A stretch of 64,000 bases of DNA from Desulfosudaceae bacterium. Lineage in GTDB: Bacteria; Desulfobacterota; Desulfobacteria; Desulfobacterales; Desulfosudaceae. The notes beneath the pieces were generated by a model. It was not told the DNA's origin, did not search any database, and worked only from the letters and a program-made list of their open reading frames with translations. This document shows, in pieces, positions 19,991 to 29,604 of the stretch. Where the stretch lies: the NCBI GenBank assembly GCA_963674745.2, contig CAXXDV010000001.1, positions 1,632,001 to 1,696,000 on the forward strand, given 5' to 3'. The position numbers were made by a program, and so were the translations under genes. How positions within the stretch are numbered: the first letter of the stretch is position 1; every line of letters starts with the position of its first letter.

Positions 19991-20623
19991 ATGAATTTCA
20001 AAGAGGTTATGGATGGACGGCGGGCAATTAATTTTTTTGATTCCGAAACCGATGTGCCGGACAACCTGATTCGGGAGATGGTTGGGCTTGCTTCTAAAAC
20101 CCCGTCGGGTTTCAATCTTCAGCCCTGGAGCTTGATGATTCTGCGCGACCAAGCCCAAAAAGAACGCTTGAAAGCCCATGCCTGGAATCAGGAAAAAATA
20201 ACCGATGCGCCGGTGACCATGATTGTTCTGGCGGATACGCAAGGGTGGACTTTTGAAAATTCTTTCGTGGAAAAAACGTTCAGCGAACTGGTAACATCCG
20301 GTGAAATGGCTGAATCGCAACGGGACTGGTTTGCCAATGCCGCCGCAACGTTATATGGCGCCAGTGAGACACGTAAAGTGGCCTTTGCCTGTAAAAATGC
20401 CGGATTTTTTGCCATGTCCCTGATGCTGGCTGCCAAAAGCCTGGGACTTGAAACACACCCCATGGACGGTTTTGATATTGACGGCGTCCGGAAAGAATTC
20501 AGCATTCCGGACAACTACTGGATCATGATGCTGCTGGCAGTGGGTTATTTAAAGCCCGGTGTCACCATCAACCCGCCCAAATGGCGCAAATCCTTTGATG
20601 AGATCGTGGTGGATTTTTCATAA
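19991..20623 (+). CDS. Nitroreductase family protein
   Basis: RRAINFFD, TPSGFNLQPW, LMLAAKSLGLETHPMDGFD; SD AAGGAGG. Confidence 0.92.
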   Translation: MNFKEVMDGRRAINFFDSETDVPDNLIREMVGLASKTPSGFNLQPWSLMILRDQAQKERLKAHAWNQEKITDAPVTMIVLADTQGWTFENSFVEKTFSELVTSGEMAESQRDWFANAAATLYGASETRKVAFACKNAGFFAMSLMLAAKSLGLETHPMDGFDIDGVRKEFSIPDNYWIMMLLAVGYLKPGVTINPPKWRKSFDEIVVDFS

Positions 20624-20641
20624 AATTTTGGAGGAGATATT

Positions 20642-21607
20642 ATGCTGGCATTAGGCCTCATGGGCAGCCCCCGGAAAAACGGCAACAGCAATTTTTTACT
20701 GAAAACCTTTATGGCGGAACTGGAGAAAAAGGGGGCCAGAATTACCCTGGTCAATGTGCCGGAGAAAGACATTAACCCCTGCCAGGGTTGTGTTTTCTGT
20801 GAGAAAAAAGGCTACTGCCGCCAACAGGATGATGACATGACCCGGGAGATATATCCGCTGCTGCGCCGGGCGGAAATTATCGTGCCTGCTTCACCCATGT
20901 ATTTTTACAGTGTGACCGCACAATTAAAAGCCCTGATCGACCGTTCACAAGCCCTGTGGTCCAGAAGATACCGGCTGAAGCTGACCGATCCCCTGGCCGG
21001 CACCCGGGCGGGCGTTATGCTGTCTGTGGGGGCCACCAGGGGTAAAAATTTATTTGAGGGCACGCATTTAACCGCCAAATATTTTTTTGATGCCCTGTCG
21101 GCGAATTTTGTTGGAGAAATGGGGTATCGGCGTGTGGAAAATCCCGGCGATATGGAGAAACTGCCGGACGTTTTAACGGAAGTCCGAACAGAAGCCGCCA
21201 AGCTGGACCCGCTTTTCAACCGGGAAAAGATTCTGTTCCTGTGTGTGGGAAATACCTGTCGCAGCAAAATGGCCGCCGCTTTTGCCCGGCAGCTGGCCGG
21301 TGACCGGGTTGAAGCTTCAAGTGCCGGAAGTGCGCCGGCAGCCGCCCCTAACCCGGTCATGATCGAAGCCATGGCGGAAAAAGGCCTGGACATGTTTCTG
21401 GACAATCCACAATCCATCGAGGCGGCCTTGACTGAAATCAAACCGGACAAAATTGTTACCATGGGTTGTGAAGAAAACTGCCCTGTCGTCCCGGGGGCGG
21501 AGATGATTTCCTGGGACATCGAAGATCCGGCCGGGCAGGGGCCTGACGTCATGCGGCAGATCCGGGATGAGATTGAACAGAAGGTGAGGGGGTTGGTCGG
21601 TGCCTAG
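20642..21607 (+). CDS. Iron-sulfur flavoprotein/flavodoxin domain fused to an ArsC/LMW-PTP domain
   Basis: N-terminal GSPRKNGNS, CQGCVFC...C, ASPMYFY, LKALIDR; C-terminal LFLCVGNTCRSKMA, MGCEENCP, WDIEDPAG. Confidence 0.85.
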   Translation: MLALGLMGSPRKNGNSNFLLKTFMAELEKKGARITLVNVPEKDINPCQGCVFCEKKGYCRQQDDDMTREIYPLLRRAEIIVPASPMYFYSVTAQLKALIDRSQALWSRRYRLKLTDPLAGTRAGVMLSVGATRGKNLFEGTHLTAKYFFDALSANFVGEMGYRRVENPGDMEKLPDVLTEVRTEAAKLDPLFNREKILFLCVGNTCRSKMAAAFARQLAGDRVEASSAGSAPAAAPNPVMIEAMAEKGLDMFLDNPQSIEAALTEIKPDKIVTMGCEENCPVVPGAEMISWDIEDPAGQGPDVMRQIRDEIEQKVRGLVGA

Positions 21608-21699
21608 GGCGTTCTGTCTCTTCCCTTGACCCCTGTGAGCGTTTGTCCTTTTGAAAGACGATAACACGAACTTCATAGAAAGAAAAAAGGAGGCTCCAA

Positions 21700-22299
21700 A
21701 TGGCCCGTATTACACTCAAAGACAATCCTGTAAATACCTGCGGAAATTTGCCGGAGGTCGGCACAAAAGCCCCCGATTTTCTGCTGACCCGGGTGGACCT
21801 GAGCGATTTTTCCCTGGCCGATATGGCCGGTAAAATGGTGATCATGAATATTTTCCCCAGTATTGACACCTCCGTCTGCGCTTTGTCCGTTCGCACATTC
21901 AACAAACAAATTGTGGAATTTCCCAATACGGTCCTGCTGGCTGTCTCCCTGGATCTGCCGTTCGCGCATCAGCGATTCTGCGAAACGGCAGGGATTGAAA
22001 ATGTTGTGTCCGCTTCAGAGTTGAGAAACCGCAACTTCGGTGATGCTTACGGTTTGCGGATGATAGACGGGCCGTTGGCCGGTCTGTTGGCCAGGGCCGT
22101 GATTGTTCTGGATGAGACCGGAACGGTTCGTTACACCCAACTGGTGCCGGAGATTGCCCAGGAACCTGATTATAATGCGGTTTTTGGCGCTCTGAAAAAC
22201 GCCATGGCGGAAACGGATGCCTGCCTGCAAAGCGAAACCGCGGAACAGGCCCGGGCCGCATCAACGGATGAACCGTGTGATGACGGTCGTGCGGGTTGA
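21700..22299 (+). CDS. tpx: Thiol peroxidase Tpx with a C-terminal two-Cys extension
   Basis: NIFPSIDTSVC, SLDLPFAHQRFC, QLVPEIAQEPDY; extra tail ETDACLQ...EPCDDGRAG. Confidence 0.93.
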   Translation: MARITLKDNPVNTCGNLPEVGTKAPDFLLTRVDLSDFSLADMAGKMVIMNIFPSIDTSVCALSVRTFNKQIVEFPNTVLLAVSLDLPFAHQRFCETAGIENVVSASELRNRNFGDAYGLRMIDGPLAGLLARAVIVLDETGTVRYTQLVPEIAQEPDYNAVFGALKNAMAETDACLQSETAEQARAASTDEPCDDGRAG

Positions 22300-22357
22300 T
22301 TTTCCGCCCGAAAAAGTCAGTGCAAAAAAGGTGTCTGTAATTATAATGGAGAGCAAT

Positions 22358-22564
22358 ATGTCCAAATGCCCGATATGCGGCTGTCAGTGTTTTTACATCA
22401 AAGACCCTGAAGATGAATATGAAACGTTCGAATTTTCCGTGAGCGATGGTAGGGTAACCTTCTCCGAGATCGGCAACAATAGCCAGCCGGTTGACGGACA
22501 AACCCGCATCCATTGCAATGACTGTTCCTGGAAAGGGTGTTTTGAGGATATTGCGGAGAACTAG
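22358..22564 (+). CDS. Small zinc-ribbon-like protein (68 aa)
   Basis: SD GGAGAG; CPICG...HCNDCSW pairs. Confidence 0.65.
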   Translation: MSKCPICGCQCFYIKDPEDEYETFEFSVSDGRVTFSEIGNNSQPVDGQTRIHCNDCSWKGCFEDIAEN

Positions 22565-22577
22565 CCCGGTTATTTCA

Positions 22578-22675
22578 CGAGTCGAGTTTGCCGCAGATGC
22601 GAGGCGCAGCATGCGAAGCTGTAGTGAACTACTGCGAGTATGCTGCAACAAAGCAGGTGCGGTGAAATCGGCTCG
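22578..22675. repeat. Long imperfect palindrome (REP/MITE-like or structured RNA)
   Basis: Nested stems CGAGTCGA/TCGGCTCG, TTTGCCGCA/TGCGGTGAA, GCAGCATGC/GTATGCTGC, GTAGT/ACTAC, with several G-U pairs. Confidence 0.55.
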
Positions 22676-22838
22676 CCCGGAGGGTGATATTTTTTGATAC
22701 AAATTGACCGGATTTCTTCAAAAAAACAATTACAGTTTGTATTTTGTCAAAACGGATAAAATATATCATAACAGATTGGAATGTAATCATAATAAATTCA
22801 ATATCAAAAAATTTCATGAAATATTCGGGTTAGGACTC

Positions 22839-23045
22839 ATGCCATTTGTAACGATCCCCGGTCTAAAAGGACAGCTTTACGTTCCGGAACAAAAGCCGGA
22901 CACAAAAAAAAAGCATCCTTGTCCGGACTGTTTTTCCTGTCAGCAGTGCAGTGAGTCCCGTTGTCACGTTTGTCGCAACCAGAAAAGGCGCGCTGGCAGA
23001 AAATCCATTCAGATTCAAGACGCGATGGAAAAAAATCATGAGTGA
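22839..23045 (+). CDS. Small Cys-rich protein (68 aa)
   Basis: [17 protein letters not shown]...[24 protein letters not shown]; stop overlaps the trxC start. Confidence 0.6.
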   Translation: MPFVTIPGLKGQLYVPEQKPDTKKKHPCPDCFSCQQCSESRCHVCRNQKRRAGRKSIQIQDAMEKNHE

Positions 23046-23490
23046 AAAACAGATGATCATCCCCTGTTCCCGGTGCCGTTCTAAAAACCGGGTTGCGCTG
23101 GACAGGGTGAATCAGAAGCCCAAATGCGGTAAATGCGGCGCGGCGCTTTCAATGCCGGTTTTTGATAAACCGGTGGCCATTACGGATGCAACCTTTGACC
23201 AGGAAGTCTTTGCGTCCCCCTTGCCGGTGCTGGTCGACTGCTGGGCGCCCTGGTGCGGTCCCTGCAAGATGATCGGTCCTGTCCTTGATGAATTGGCGCA
23301 GGCCTATCGGGGAAAGCTGAAAATCGTCAAGCTGAATGTGGATGAAAATCCGCAGACGGCATCGGCTTATAACATCAGGAGCATCCCGACCCTGTTGTTC
23401 GTCAAAAACGGGAAAATCGTGGATACCCAGGTGGGTGCCCCCTCAAAAAATGCACTGACACAGCGGATAGCGCAGCTGTTTGCCTTATGA
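23038..23490 (+). CDS. trxC: Thioredoxin 2 with N-terminal zinc finger
   Basis: CSRC...NRV...PKCGKC followed by WAPWCGPC and IRSIPTL. Confidence 0.92.
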   Translation: MSEKQMIIPCSRCRSKNRVALDRVNQKPKCGKCGAALSMPVFDKPVAITDATFDQEVFASPLPVLVDCWAPWCGPCKMIGPVLDELAQAYRGKLKIVKLNVDENPQTASAYNIRSIPTLLFVKNGKIVDTQVGAPSKNALTQRIAQLFAL

Positions 23491-24561
23491 TGCAGGCGGT
23501 GTCGGCGTCTGAGCCGGTTCCTGTGACGGGGCCGGCGTAACCGTTTCTTCGCCCCTGTCCCACAGGTGTCGGGCGTATTTCAAATATCCCTGGACGTTAC
23601 GGAGCCGGACGTCCTCACCCGGGTCAGGCATGATGATCTGTCCGTTCAACAGCGGTTTCATGTATCCGGCCAGTTCTTTGCTGCCGCCACCGGTAATGAT
23701 CATGGCGTCCATATCCCAGTCATCCGCCCAGGCCTGGTTGACCTCGTTGGCAATGACTTCGGCTGTCTGCTTGTAAACCTGCTCCCTGGTTTTTTCCAGG
23801 TTGTATTCCTGGCCTTTTAACTTGATGGTGCCGACTTCCACCGGGTCGTACAGGCGGTAAAGTTCAATGCTGAGGCCGCTTTTCTGGCGGATTTTTTCCG
23901 CGATCTGGCGGAAACAGTCAGAAACCCCCAACTTGACGGTCTTTGACCCGCGGTTGATATAGTGGAGCTTGTCAAACAGGATGTAGTCGGTGGTATTAAA
24001 CCCGATGTCCACTACCCCGACTTTCTGCCTGGACAGATCCCGGTTGGCGACTTTCCCCCGATCGTTCAGGATAAGGTTGAGCATGCTGCCGAAAGGCTGG
24101 GGAATCAGTTGTACTTTACCGATGTTCAACCGCCGCTGTATTTCCGTCCCATCGGATTGATGGTAGGTGACTTCGTGATGCCCCTGCAGGACCTGTTTGA
24201 ATTTATCTCTGTATTCGCGGAAATACATTACCGGCAGACCGGACACGATTTGAAGGGGAACATATCTTTCGGTCAGCAAACCGATTGACGTCAAGGCCAG
24301 TACCTGCAGAAAATCCGTGATCAGTTTTTCCTGCTCAAGGGTGTAATGACGAACGGTACTTTGTTTTTCAGCGTAATCTCCGACAAAATAATCCTGGCCG
24401 TTTACCGTAACGTGCAGACTGTCCGTCGGCGACGACATGGCGAAATCCGACATGAACTGAATTTCTTCGGCATCACCGATCAGAGATTTAAACATCAGGC
24501 TTTCTTTGCCGTTGGTGGCCTTTGTAAATCCAAAACCGATATCCAGACCGAGAACTTCCAT
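23485..24561 (-). CDS. ParM/StbA-family actin-like ATPase
   Basis: Phosphate 1 [21 protein letters not shown]; phosphate 2 [29 protein letters not shown]. Confidence 0.88.
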   Translation of the reverse strand: MEVLGLDIGFGFTKATNGKESLMFKSLIGDAEEIQFMSDFAMSSPTDSLHVTVNGQDYFVGDYAEKQSTVRHYTLEQEKLITDFLQVLALTSIGLLTERYVPLQIVSGLPVMYFREYRDKFKQVLQGHHEVTYHQSDGTEIQRRLNIGKVQLIPQPFGSMLNLILNDRGKVANRDLSRQKVGVVDIGFNTTDYILFDKLHYINRGSKTVKLGVSDCFRQIAEKIRQKSGLSIELYRLYDPVEVGTIKLKGQEYNLEKTREQVYKQTAEVIANEVNQAWADDWDMDAMIITGGGSKELAGYMKPLLNGQIIMPDPGEDVRLRNVQGYLKYARHLWDRGEETVTPAPSQEPAQTPTPPAS

Positions 24562-24778
24562 TTTCACCTCCGCAGCACAGCGCAACTTTGAGTTTGCGTC
24601 CGGGACAGACCGGCCGCGTAATGTTTAAGACAGAACCCCCAAAAATCAAGTAATGACTTGCATTTATTGTTGTTATCTATAACAAGGGCGCAATTTTGTG
24701 TCAACGTTTTTTCTGGCGCATGTATTCACCTGAATCGGATACCTGCGGGTTGATTTAGACCCGGGTCGTGTGCACATT

Positions 24779-24836
24779 GTAGGGGCAGGCCCCCGTGCCT
24801 GCCCGGTTTAGGGCAACCACAGGGGGTTGCCCCTAC
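24779..24836. repeat. GTAG-type REP doublet
   Basis: GTAGGGGCAGGCCCCCGTGCCTGCCC...GGGCAACCACAGGGGGTTGCCCCTAC. Confidence 0.85.
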
Positions 24837-24863
24837 GGTTCGAGGTGAGAGCTCATGCATAAT

Positions 24864-24909
24864 GTAGGGGCAGGCCCCCGTGCCTGCCCGCTTATGGGGT
24901 TCCCCCTAC
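24864..24909. repeat. GTAG-type REP doublet with a degenerate right half
   Basis: GTAGGGGCAGGCCCCCGTGCCTGCCC...GGGGTTCCCCCTAC. Confidence 0.8.
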
Positions 24910-24926
24910 ATCATAAAACATTCGGG

Positions 24927-25631
24927 TTAAACAAGGGACATGACCGAGCGCCAGCGGTCGAGTTCAGTTTCAACCGGCAGGCCGCGCGCTTTTAAAATCG
25001 CGATAAGCGGTTCGGTGTTGAAACGGAGGGTGGGGTTGATCTGATATTCCCGGGCCAGCGTGGAGCGGACCAGATCCGGTGAATAGGTTTTTAAGAAGTC
25101 ATCAATGGCCGGGTTGTCCGGCTCGATCTGCCGGGCGGTTTCCATGTATTCGAGGACATAATCATGCCCCCCGTAAATCATGGTGGTGTCCGGAAAGGCC
25201 ATGATCAGCTTGATGGACTCGAAATAACGATCCAGATCACCGGTAAAACACCGGCCGACTTTGCCGGTAAAGAGGGTGTCACCGGTTATCAGGTCCGATC
25301 CGACGCGAAGAATCACCGAATCCTGTGAATGCCCCGGGGTATGATAAACATCAATTCGTTCCCCCTCAAGGTTGATCATTGGGTTGCTGATCAGCGCGTT
25401 CATCTCGATTATCCCGGCGCCGGTCTTGCTCCCCATGGCGTCATTGCCGATGGTATGATCCGGATGAGTGTGGGTATTCACGATGGCTTGCAGCGTCAGG
25501 CCGTTCCCGGCAAGAAACGACACCATTTCTTCCACCGCCCCGGGATCAACGGCAATGGCCGATTTTTCGCCGTAAATCAAATAACCCAGGTTGTCATCCA
25601 CGTCGTACCGGAATTGTTTGATGTTCAGCAT
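24927..25631 (-). CDS. MBL-fold metallo-hydrolase, glyoxalase II-like
   Basis: THTHPDHTIGN, TPGHS, TGDTLF, YGGHDY, INPTLR; SD GGAGG before ATG 25631. Confidence 0.88.
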   Translation of the reverse strand: MLNIKQFRYDVDDNLGYLIYGEKSAIAVDPGAVEEMVSFLAGNGLTLQAIVNTHTHPDHTIGNDAMGSKTGAGIIEMNALISNPMINLEGERIDVYHTPGHSQDSVILRVGSDLITGDTLFTGKVGRCFTGDLDRYFESIKLIMAFPDTTMIYGGHDYVLEYMETARQIEPDNPAIDDFLKTYSPDLVRSTLAREYQINPTLRFNTEPLIAILKARGLPVETELDRWRSVMSLV

Positions 25632-25664
25632 GTCTTTGGCCTCCGGGCACATTTTCATTGTCGT

Positions 25665-25722
25665 GTAGGGGCAGGCCCCCGTGCCTGCCCGGTAAAGGGC
25701 AACCACTGGGGGTTGCCCCTAC
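25665..25722. repeat. GTAG-type REP doublet
   Basis: GTAGGGGCAGGCCCCCGTGCCTGCCC...GGGCAACCACTGGGGGTTGCCCCTAC, near-identical to 24779..24836. Confidence 0.85.
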
Positions 25723-25753
25723 ATTATGCGTCAAAGAAAAGAACACATAAAAT

Positions 25754-27217
25754 CTACTCAAGGCACCCCTTGGAAACGCCCTCATCAACCGGGACCGGAT
25801 AACATCCGTCAAAACAGGCCTTGCAAAAGGTCTCCCGGTCATTCTGGTTGCCGCTGATGGTTGATTCAATCAGGCCTTCCAAGGATAGGTAGTGAAGAGA
25901 ATCCAGTCCGATATATTCCTGGAGTTCTTTTAACGACATGGAAGCGGCGATCAGCTCTCCCCGGGTGGAAAAATCAATGCCGTAAAAACAGGGGAAGCGG
26001 TGGGGCGGGCAACTGACACGCATATGGACTTTTTTAACGCCTAGTTCACGCAGGGCCTTGATCCGGGTGCGGGCGGTCGTCCCACGGATAATGGAGTCCT
26101 CGATGATGATAATTTCTTTTCCCCTGAGCAATTCCCGGACGGGATTCAGTTTGACCCGCACCCCGAAATCGCGCATGTTCTGGGTCGGCTGGATAAAGGT
26201 GCGGCCGATATAGTGGTTGCGGATCATGGCGATTTCAAATGGAAGGCCTGACTCTTCGCAATAACCCAGGGCGGCGTAATTGCCGGAGTCGGGAAAAGGC
26301 ATCACCAGGTCGGCGTCGACCGGTGCTTCCCGGGCCAGTTGACGGCCCTGGGCTTTACGGGTGAGATAAACATTATGCCCGTAAATGGTGCTGTCGGGCC
26401 GGGCAAAATAGATATACTCAAAGATGCAGAATGTCTGCTTCCGAGGTTGCGGACAGAACAGGCTGCGGATCCCTTTTTTGTCGATAATGACGATTTCGCC
26501 GGGTTCCAGTTCGCGGATAAAATCGGCCTGCAACAGGTCAAGGGCGCAGGATTCCGAGGCCAGGACGTAGTGACCGTTTAATTTTCCCAGGCACAAGGGC
26601 CTTAACCCGTTGGGGTCCTTGATGCCGACGACTTCGCCCTTTCCGGTAAGCAGCACAAAAGAGTAAGCGCCCTTGAGTTTTTCAACCATGTTGAGCAGGG
26701 CCGGTTCAAAACCGTGCTTGAGATTTTTAATGAAAATATGAAGGGCCAGTTCGCTGTCCATGGTGGTTTGAAAAATGGAGCCTTCCTGCTCCAGTTCCTG
26801 CTTCAGCACATGGGCGTTGACCAGGTTTCCGTTATGGGCCAGGGCATAGGAATAACCCATGTGATGCACGGCAAACGGTTGGGCGTTGACCAGTGTGGAA
26901 CTGCCGGTGGTGGAATAGCGCACATGACCGATGGCACTGCCGCCGTTTAATGTTTCTAAGTGCCGCATTTTGAACACGTCGGACACCAGGCCCATGCCGT
27001 TATGGGTGGTGATGCGCCGGTCCTTGGCAACGGCTATGCCGGCACTTTCCTGGCCCCGGTGCTGCAGGGCGTACAGGCCAAAATAGCTAATCTTGGCGGC
27101 TTCGGGGTGGTCATAAATACCGAACACGCCGCAGGCTTCGCGTGGCTTGTCCGGGGCATCCAGGTCTGAAAAACATAAGGAATCGGGTTCTGGTATCAAC
27201 AAGATATACTCCGCCAT
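25754..27217 (-). CDS. purF: Amidophosphoribosyltransferase (propeptide, Fe-S type)
   Basis: PREACGVFG, LQHRGQESAG, GHVRYST, HNGNL, CIFEYIYFARPDS, EDSIIRGTT, CFYGIDF, CKACFDG; true start may be a TTG a few codons downstream. Confidence 0.95.
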   Translation of the reverse strand: MAEYILLIPEPDSLCFSDLDAPDKPREACGVFGIYDHPEAAKISYFGLYALQHRGQESAGIAVAKDRRITTHNGMGLVSDVFKMRHLETLNGGSAIGHVRYSTTGSSTLVNAQPFAVHHMGYSYALAHNGNLVNAHVLKQELEQEGSIFQTTMDSELALHIFIKNLKHGFEPALLNMVEKLKGAYSFVLLTGKGEVVGIKDPNGLRPLCLGKLNGHYVLASESCALDLLQADFIRELEPGEIVIIDKKGIRSLFCPQPRKQTFCIFEYIYFARPDSTIYGHNVYLTRKAQGRQLAREAPVDADLVMPFPDSGNYAALGYCEESGLPFEIAMIRNHYIGRTFIQPTQNMRDFGVRVKLNPVRELLRGKEIIIIEDSIIRGTTARTRIKALRELGVKKVHMRVSCPPHRFPCFYGIDFSTRGELIAASMSLKELQEYIGLDSLHYLSLEGLIESTISGNQNDRETFCKACFDGCYPVPVDEGVSKGCLE

Positions 27218-27240
27218 TCAGGGATTATAGAAAAGATAAA

Positions 27241-29604
27241 TCAGTTATCAAAGGGGGTATTCTCCACAAGGTTCCAGATCCCGCAGGGACAGGCACCGGC
27301 ACAGAAACCACACCCGATACACAGATTATCGTCGACGACATATTCAAAACCGGTTTCGTCCGCTTTTTCCTTTCTGGCAATCGCTGCCCGGGGGCAAACG
27401 GCAATACAGATGCCGCAATCCCGGCAGGTGCCGCATGAGGCGCACTGGGAGCCGCACTGGTCGGTATCGACAAAGCTGGTCAGACGCGGATCAAAATAAG
27501 CCAGGTGGACCCGGCCTTTATCTATCACCGGCCGGTCATCAAACACCGGTATCTGCTGGTTGGACAAAAGCGCCCTGATGGCTTCCGCCGCACGTCGTCC
27601 GGCGCCGATGGCATCGGTCAGCAATCCCGGCTTGACAAGATCACCGATAGCGAAAATTTTTGGATCCGAAGTCTGGAAACAATGGTCGACCCTGACAAAG
27701 CCTCTGTCCAGATTGACTGAGTCAGGCAGAAAGCCGGTATCCGGCGCGTCACCGATGGATATGACCACGGTGTCAGCCGGCAGCAGTTCCCCGGAATCAA
27801 GGACCACACCTTTGGCGGTGACCTTTTTGGTAAAGCAGGGCCAGCGGAATTTAGCGCCAATGGCTTCGGCCTCTTCACGCTCCTTGCCGAACGAGGCCGG
27901 TTCCTGGACATCAATCAGGGTAATGTTCTTCGCGCCCAGTCGATGGGCTTCGGTGGCCACATCACAACCCACGTTCCCGGCACCGATGATAACAACGTTT
28001 TTACCGGGTTTGATATCGTCAATCTTGGCTTTGGCCAGAAAATCCAGGGCCATCACCAGCCGTTCATTGCCGGGAACCGGCAGCGAGCGCGGTTTCCAGG
28101 CGCCTGTTGCCAGTACCACGTAATTATATTCGTTTTTTATCTGTTCAATCTCTTTTTTCTTCAGCTTCTGCTGGAGATGAACCTGGGGGATGACCTTTTG
28201 AATCCGTTCCAGTTCGGCGGACAAGACTTCACGGGGGATACGGCTTTCCGGAATGACGGCCGCCATTTTCCCGCCCAGTGTTTTTTCCGTGTCATAAACA
28301 ACCGCCTCATGACCGTCGCGGGTCAACTGCCAGGCCACGGAAATACCGGCAGCCCCGCCGCCGATGACGGCGATTTTTCGGCCGCTTTTTTTAACCGGTT
28401 CAGGGGTCGGGGCGTTGATGCTGGCTCGCCCCAGCATGGATACATCCACCGGCTGCATTAAAGACCCTTTCCTGGTACATCCTTCCATGCACAGGTTGGG
28501 GCAGAGATAGCCGCATACCGAGGCGGGGAAAGGTGTGAAATCGAGCGCCATTTCCACGGCTTCGTCAACCAGGCCGTCGCGGATCAGCCGCCACCGTTCC
28601 TGGACCGGAATGCCGGCCGGGCATGACGCCTGGCAGGGGGCTTTATACTTTTTGTTTTCCCAGGCAGGCACAAATCGTCTCAGGTTACCGGTGGTAATCA
28701 GCGGTATGGGGCTGCGATCAAGGTCGGTCAGGTCACCGATCATACCGCCCTTACCCAGTTCCTGGTCCCAGGCACGGGCGCGGAAGGCGGCCATGGAGCG
28801 CCGCAGGGTTTTTCCTTTTTCATGGGGTGCGCGGGCCACCAGTAACTGCCACTCTTCGCGAACCGTTAATTTTGTTTCAAGCTCCGGAAAGCCGATGTGA
28901 GACAGGTAAGCGGGCATGTTTTCCCGAAGCCAGGCCCAGTCTTCATCCGTGATAGGCATCATTTTGGCATCGGTCGTGCTGTATCCCTGGTGGGGACCGC
29001 GAAAATAAACTTTTCCGCCGACCATGCCGACCAGGGGGCGGTATCCCAGCACGTTGTCGGGTGTCTGGGGATCAATGCCGCAGACAACGGCAATGCCGCC
29101 GGCCATGAATTCACCGAAATAATCTCCCACCGAACCCAGCACCCATAATTCCGGCGGCGCGAAACGGGGGTTAAACTTGGTCATGGTCATGCCGCGGGCG
29201 CCGATGTTGCCGTCCACGTAAATTTTGCCCTGGGCCATGGCGTTGGCTACGCCGTTGCCGGCATGGCCGTGAACCACGATGGTGGCACCGGCATTTAACC
29301 AGCCCACGTCATCCGATGCAGGCCCCATGATCTCAATAAAGGTGTTGGGAAAGCCCATGGAACCTGCCCGCTGACCGGCCTGGCCATTGATTTTGACAAA
29401 AACAGGCTTATCGCCGGCTTTCCATAACCGTCCGCCGATGCCATGCTGGCCAAAAGCGTCGACCTCAATATACCGATGGCCTTTTTCAACCGCTTTTTGC
29501 AGCCGTTCTTCCATAACCCGGGATTCAATGCGAATCCCGTTCTCTTTTCCCGCAATTTGATGAAAGGTCTGACCGTTCATTCGTTTCTCCACCATGTCAG
29601 CCAT
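27241..29604 (-). CDS. Glutamate synthase GXGXG (GltB3) domain fused to a GltD-like FAD/NAD(P)H oxidoreductase and a ferredoxin domain
   Basis: GQHGIGG, GDYFGEFMAGG; APCQASCP, CGYLCPNLCMEGC, IGGGAAG, IGAGNVGCD; C-terminal CxxCxxCxxxC motifs. Confidence 0.88.
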   Translation of the reverse strand: MADMVEKRMNGQTFHQIAGKENGIRIESRVMEERLQKAVEKGHRYIEVDAFGQHGIGGRLWKAGDKPVFVKINGQAGQRAGSMGFPNTFIEIMGPASDDVGWLNAGATIVVHGHAGNGVANAMAQGKIYVDGNIGARGMTMTKFNPRFAPPELWVLGSVGDYFGEFMAGGIAVVCGIDPQTPDNVLGYRPLVGMVGGKVYFRGPHQGYSTTDAKMMPITDEDWAWLRENMPAYLSHIGFPELETKLTVREEWQLLVARAPHEKGKTLRRSMAAFRARAWDQELGKGGMIGDLTDLDRSPIPLITTGNLRRFVPAWENKKYKAPCQASCPAGIPVQERWRLIRDGLVDEAVEMALDFTPFPASVCGYLCPNLCMEGCTRKGSLMQPVDVSMLGRASINAPTPEPVKKSGRKIAVIGGGAAGISVAWQLTRDGHEAVVYDTEKTLGGKMAAVIPESRIPREVLSAELERIQKVIPQVHLQQKLKKKEIEQIKNEYNYVVLATGAWKPRSLPVPGNERLVMALDFLAKAKIDDIKPGKNVVIIGAGNVGCDVATEAHRLGAKNITLIDVQEPASFGKEREEAEAIGAKFRWPCFTKKVTAKGVVLDSGELLPADTVVISIGDAPDTGFLPDSVNLDRGFVRVDHCFQTSDPKIFAIGDLVKPGLLTDAIGAGRRAAEAIRALLSNQQIPVFDDRPVIDKGRVHLAYFDPRLTSFVDTDQCGSQCASCGTCRDCGICIAVCPRAAIARKEKADETGFEYVVDDNLCIGCGFCAGACPCGIWNLVENTPFDN

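Noticed and set aside
5038..22299. Sec read-through at other TGA stops checked (5038-5040, 15243-15245, 22297-22299)
   Set aside because: Downstream frames are short, with no Cys-aligned paralog or continuing domain
25632..25706. N-terminal extension of the MBL hydrolase ORF
   Set aside because: Runs through the REP element; ATG 25631 has a GGAGG SD
24779..25722. Repeated 26-nt GTAGGGGCAGG unit as a CRISPR array
   Set aside because: Irregular spacing, paired inverted structure, no unique regular spacers and no cas genes; these are REPs
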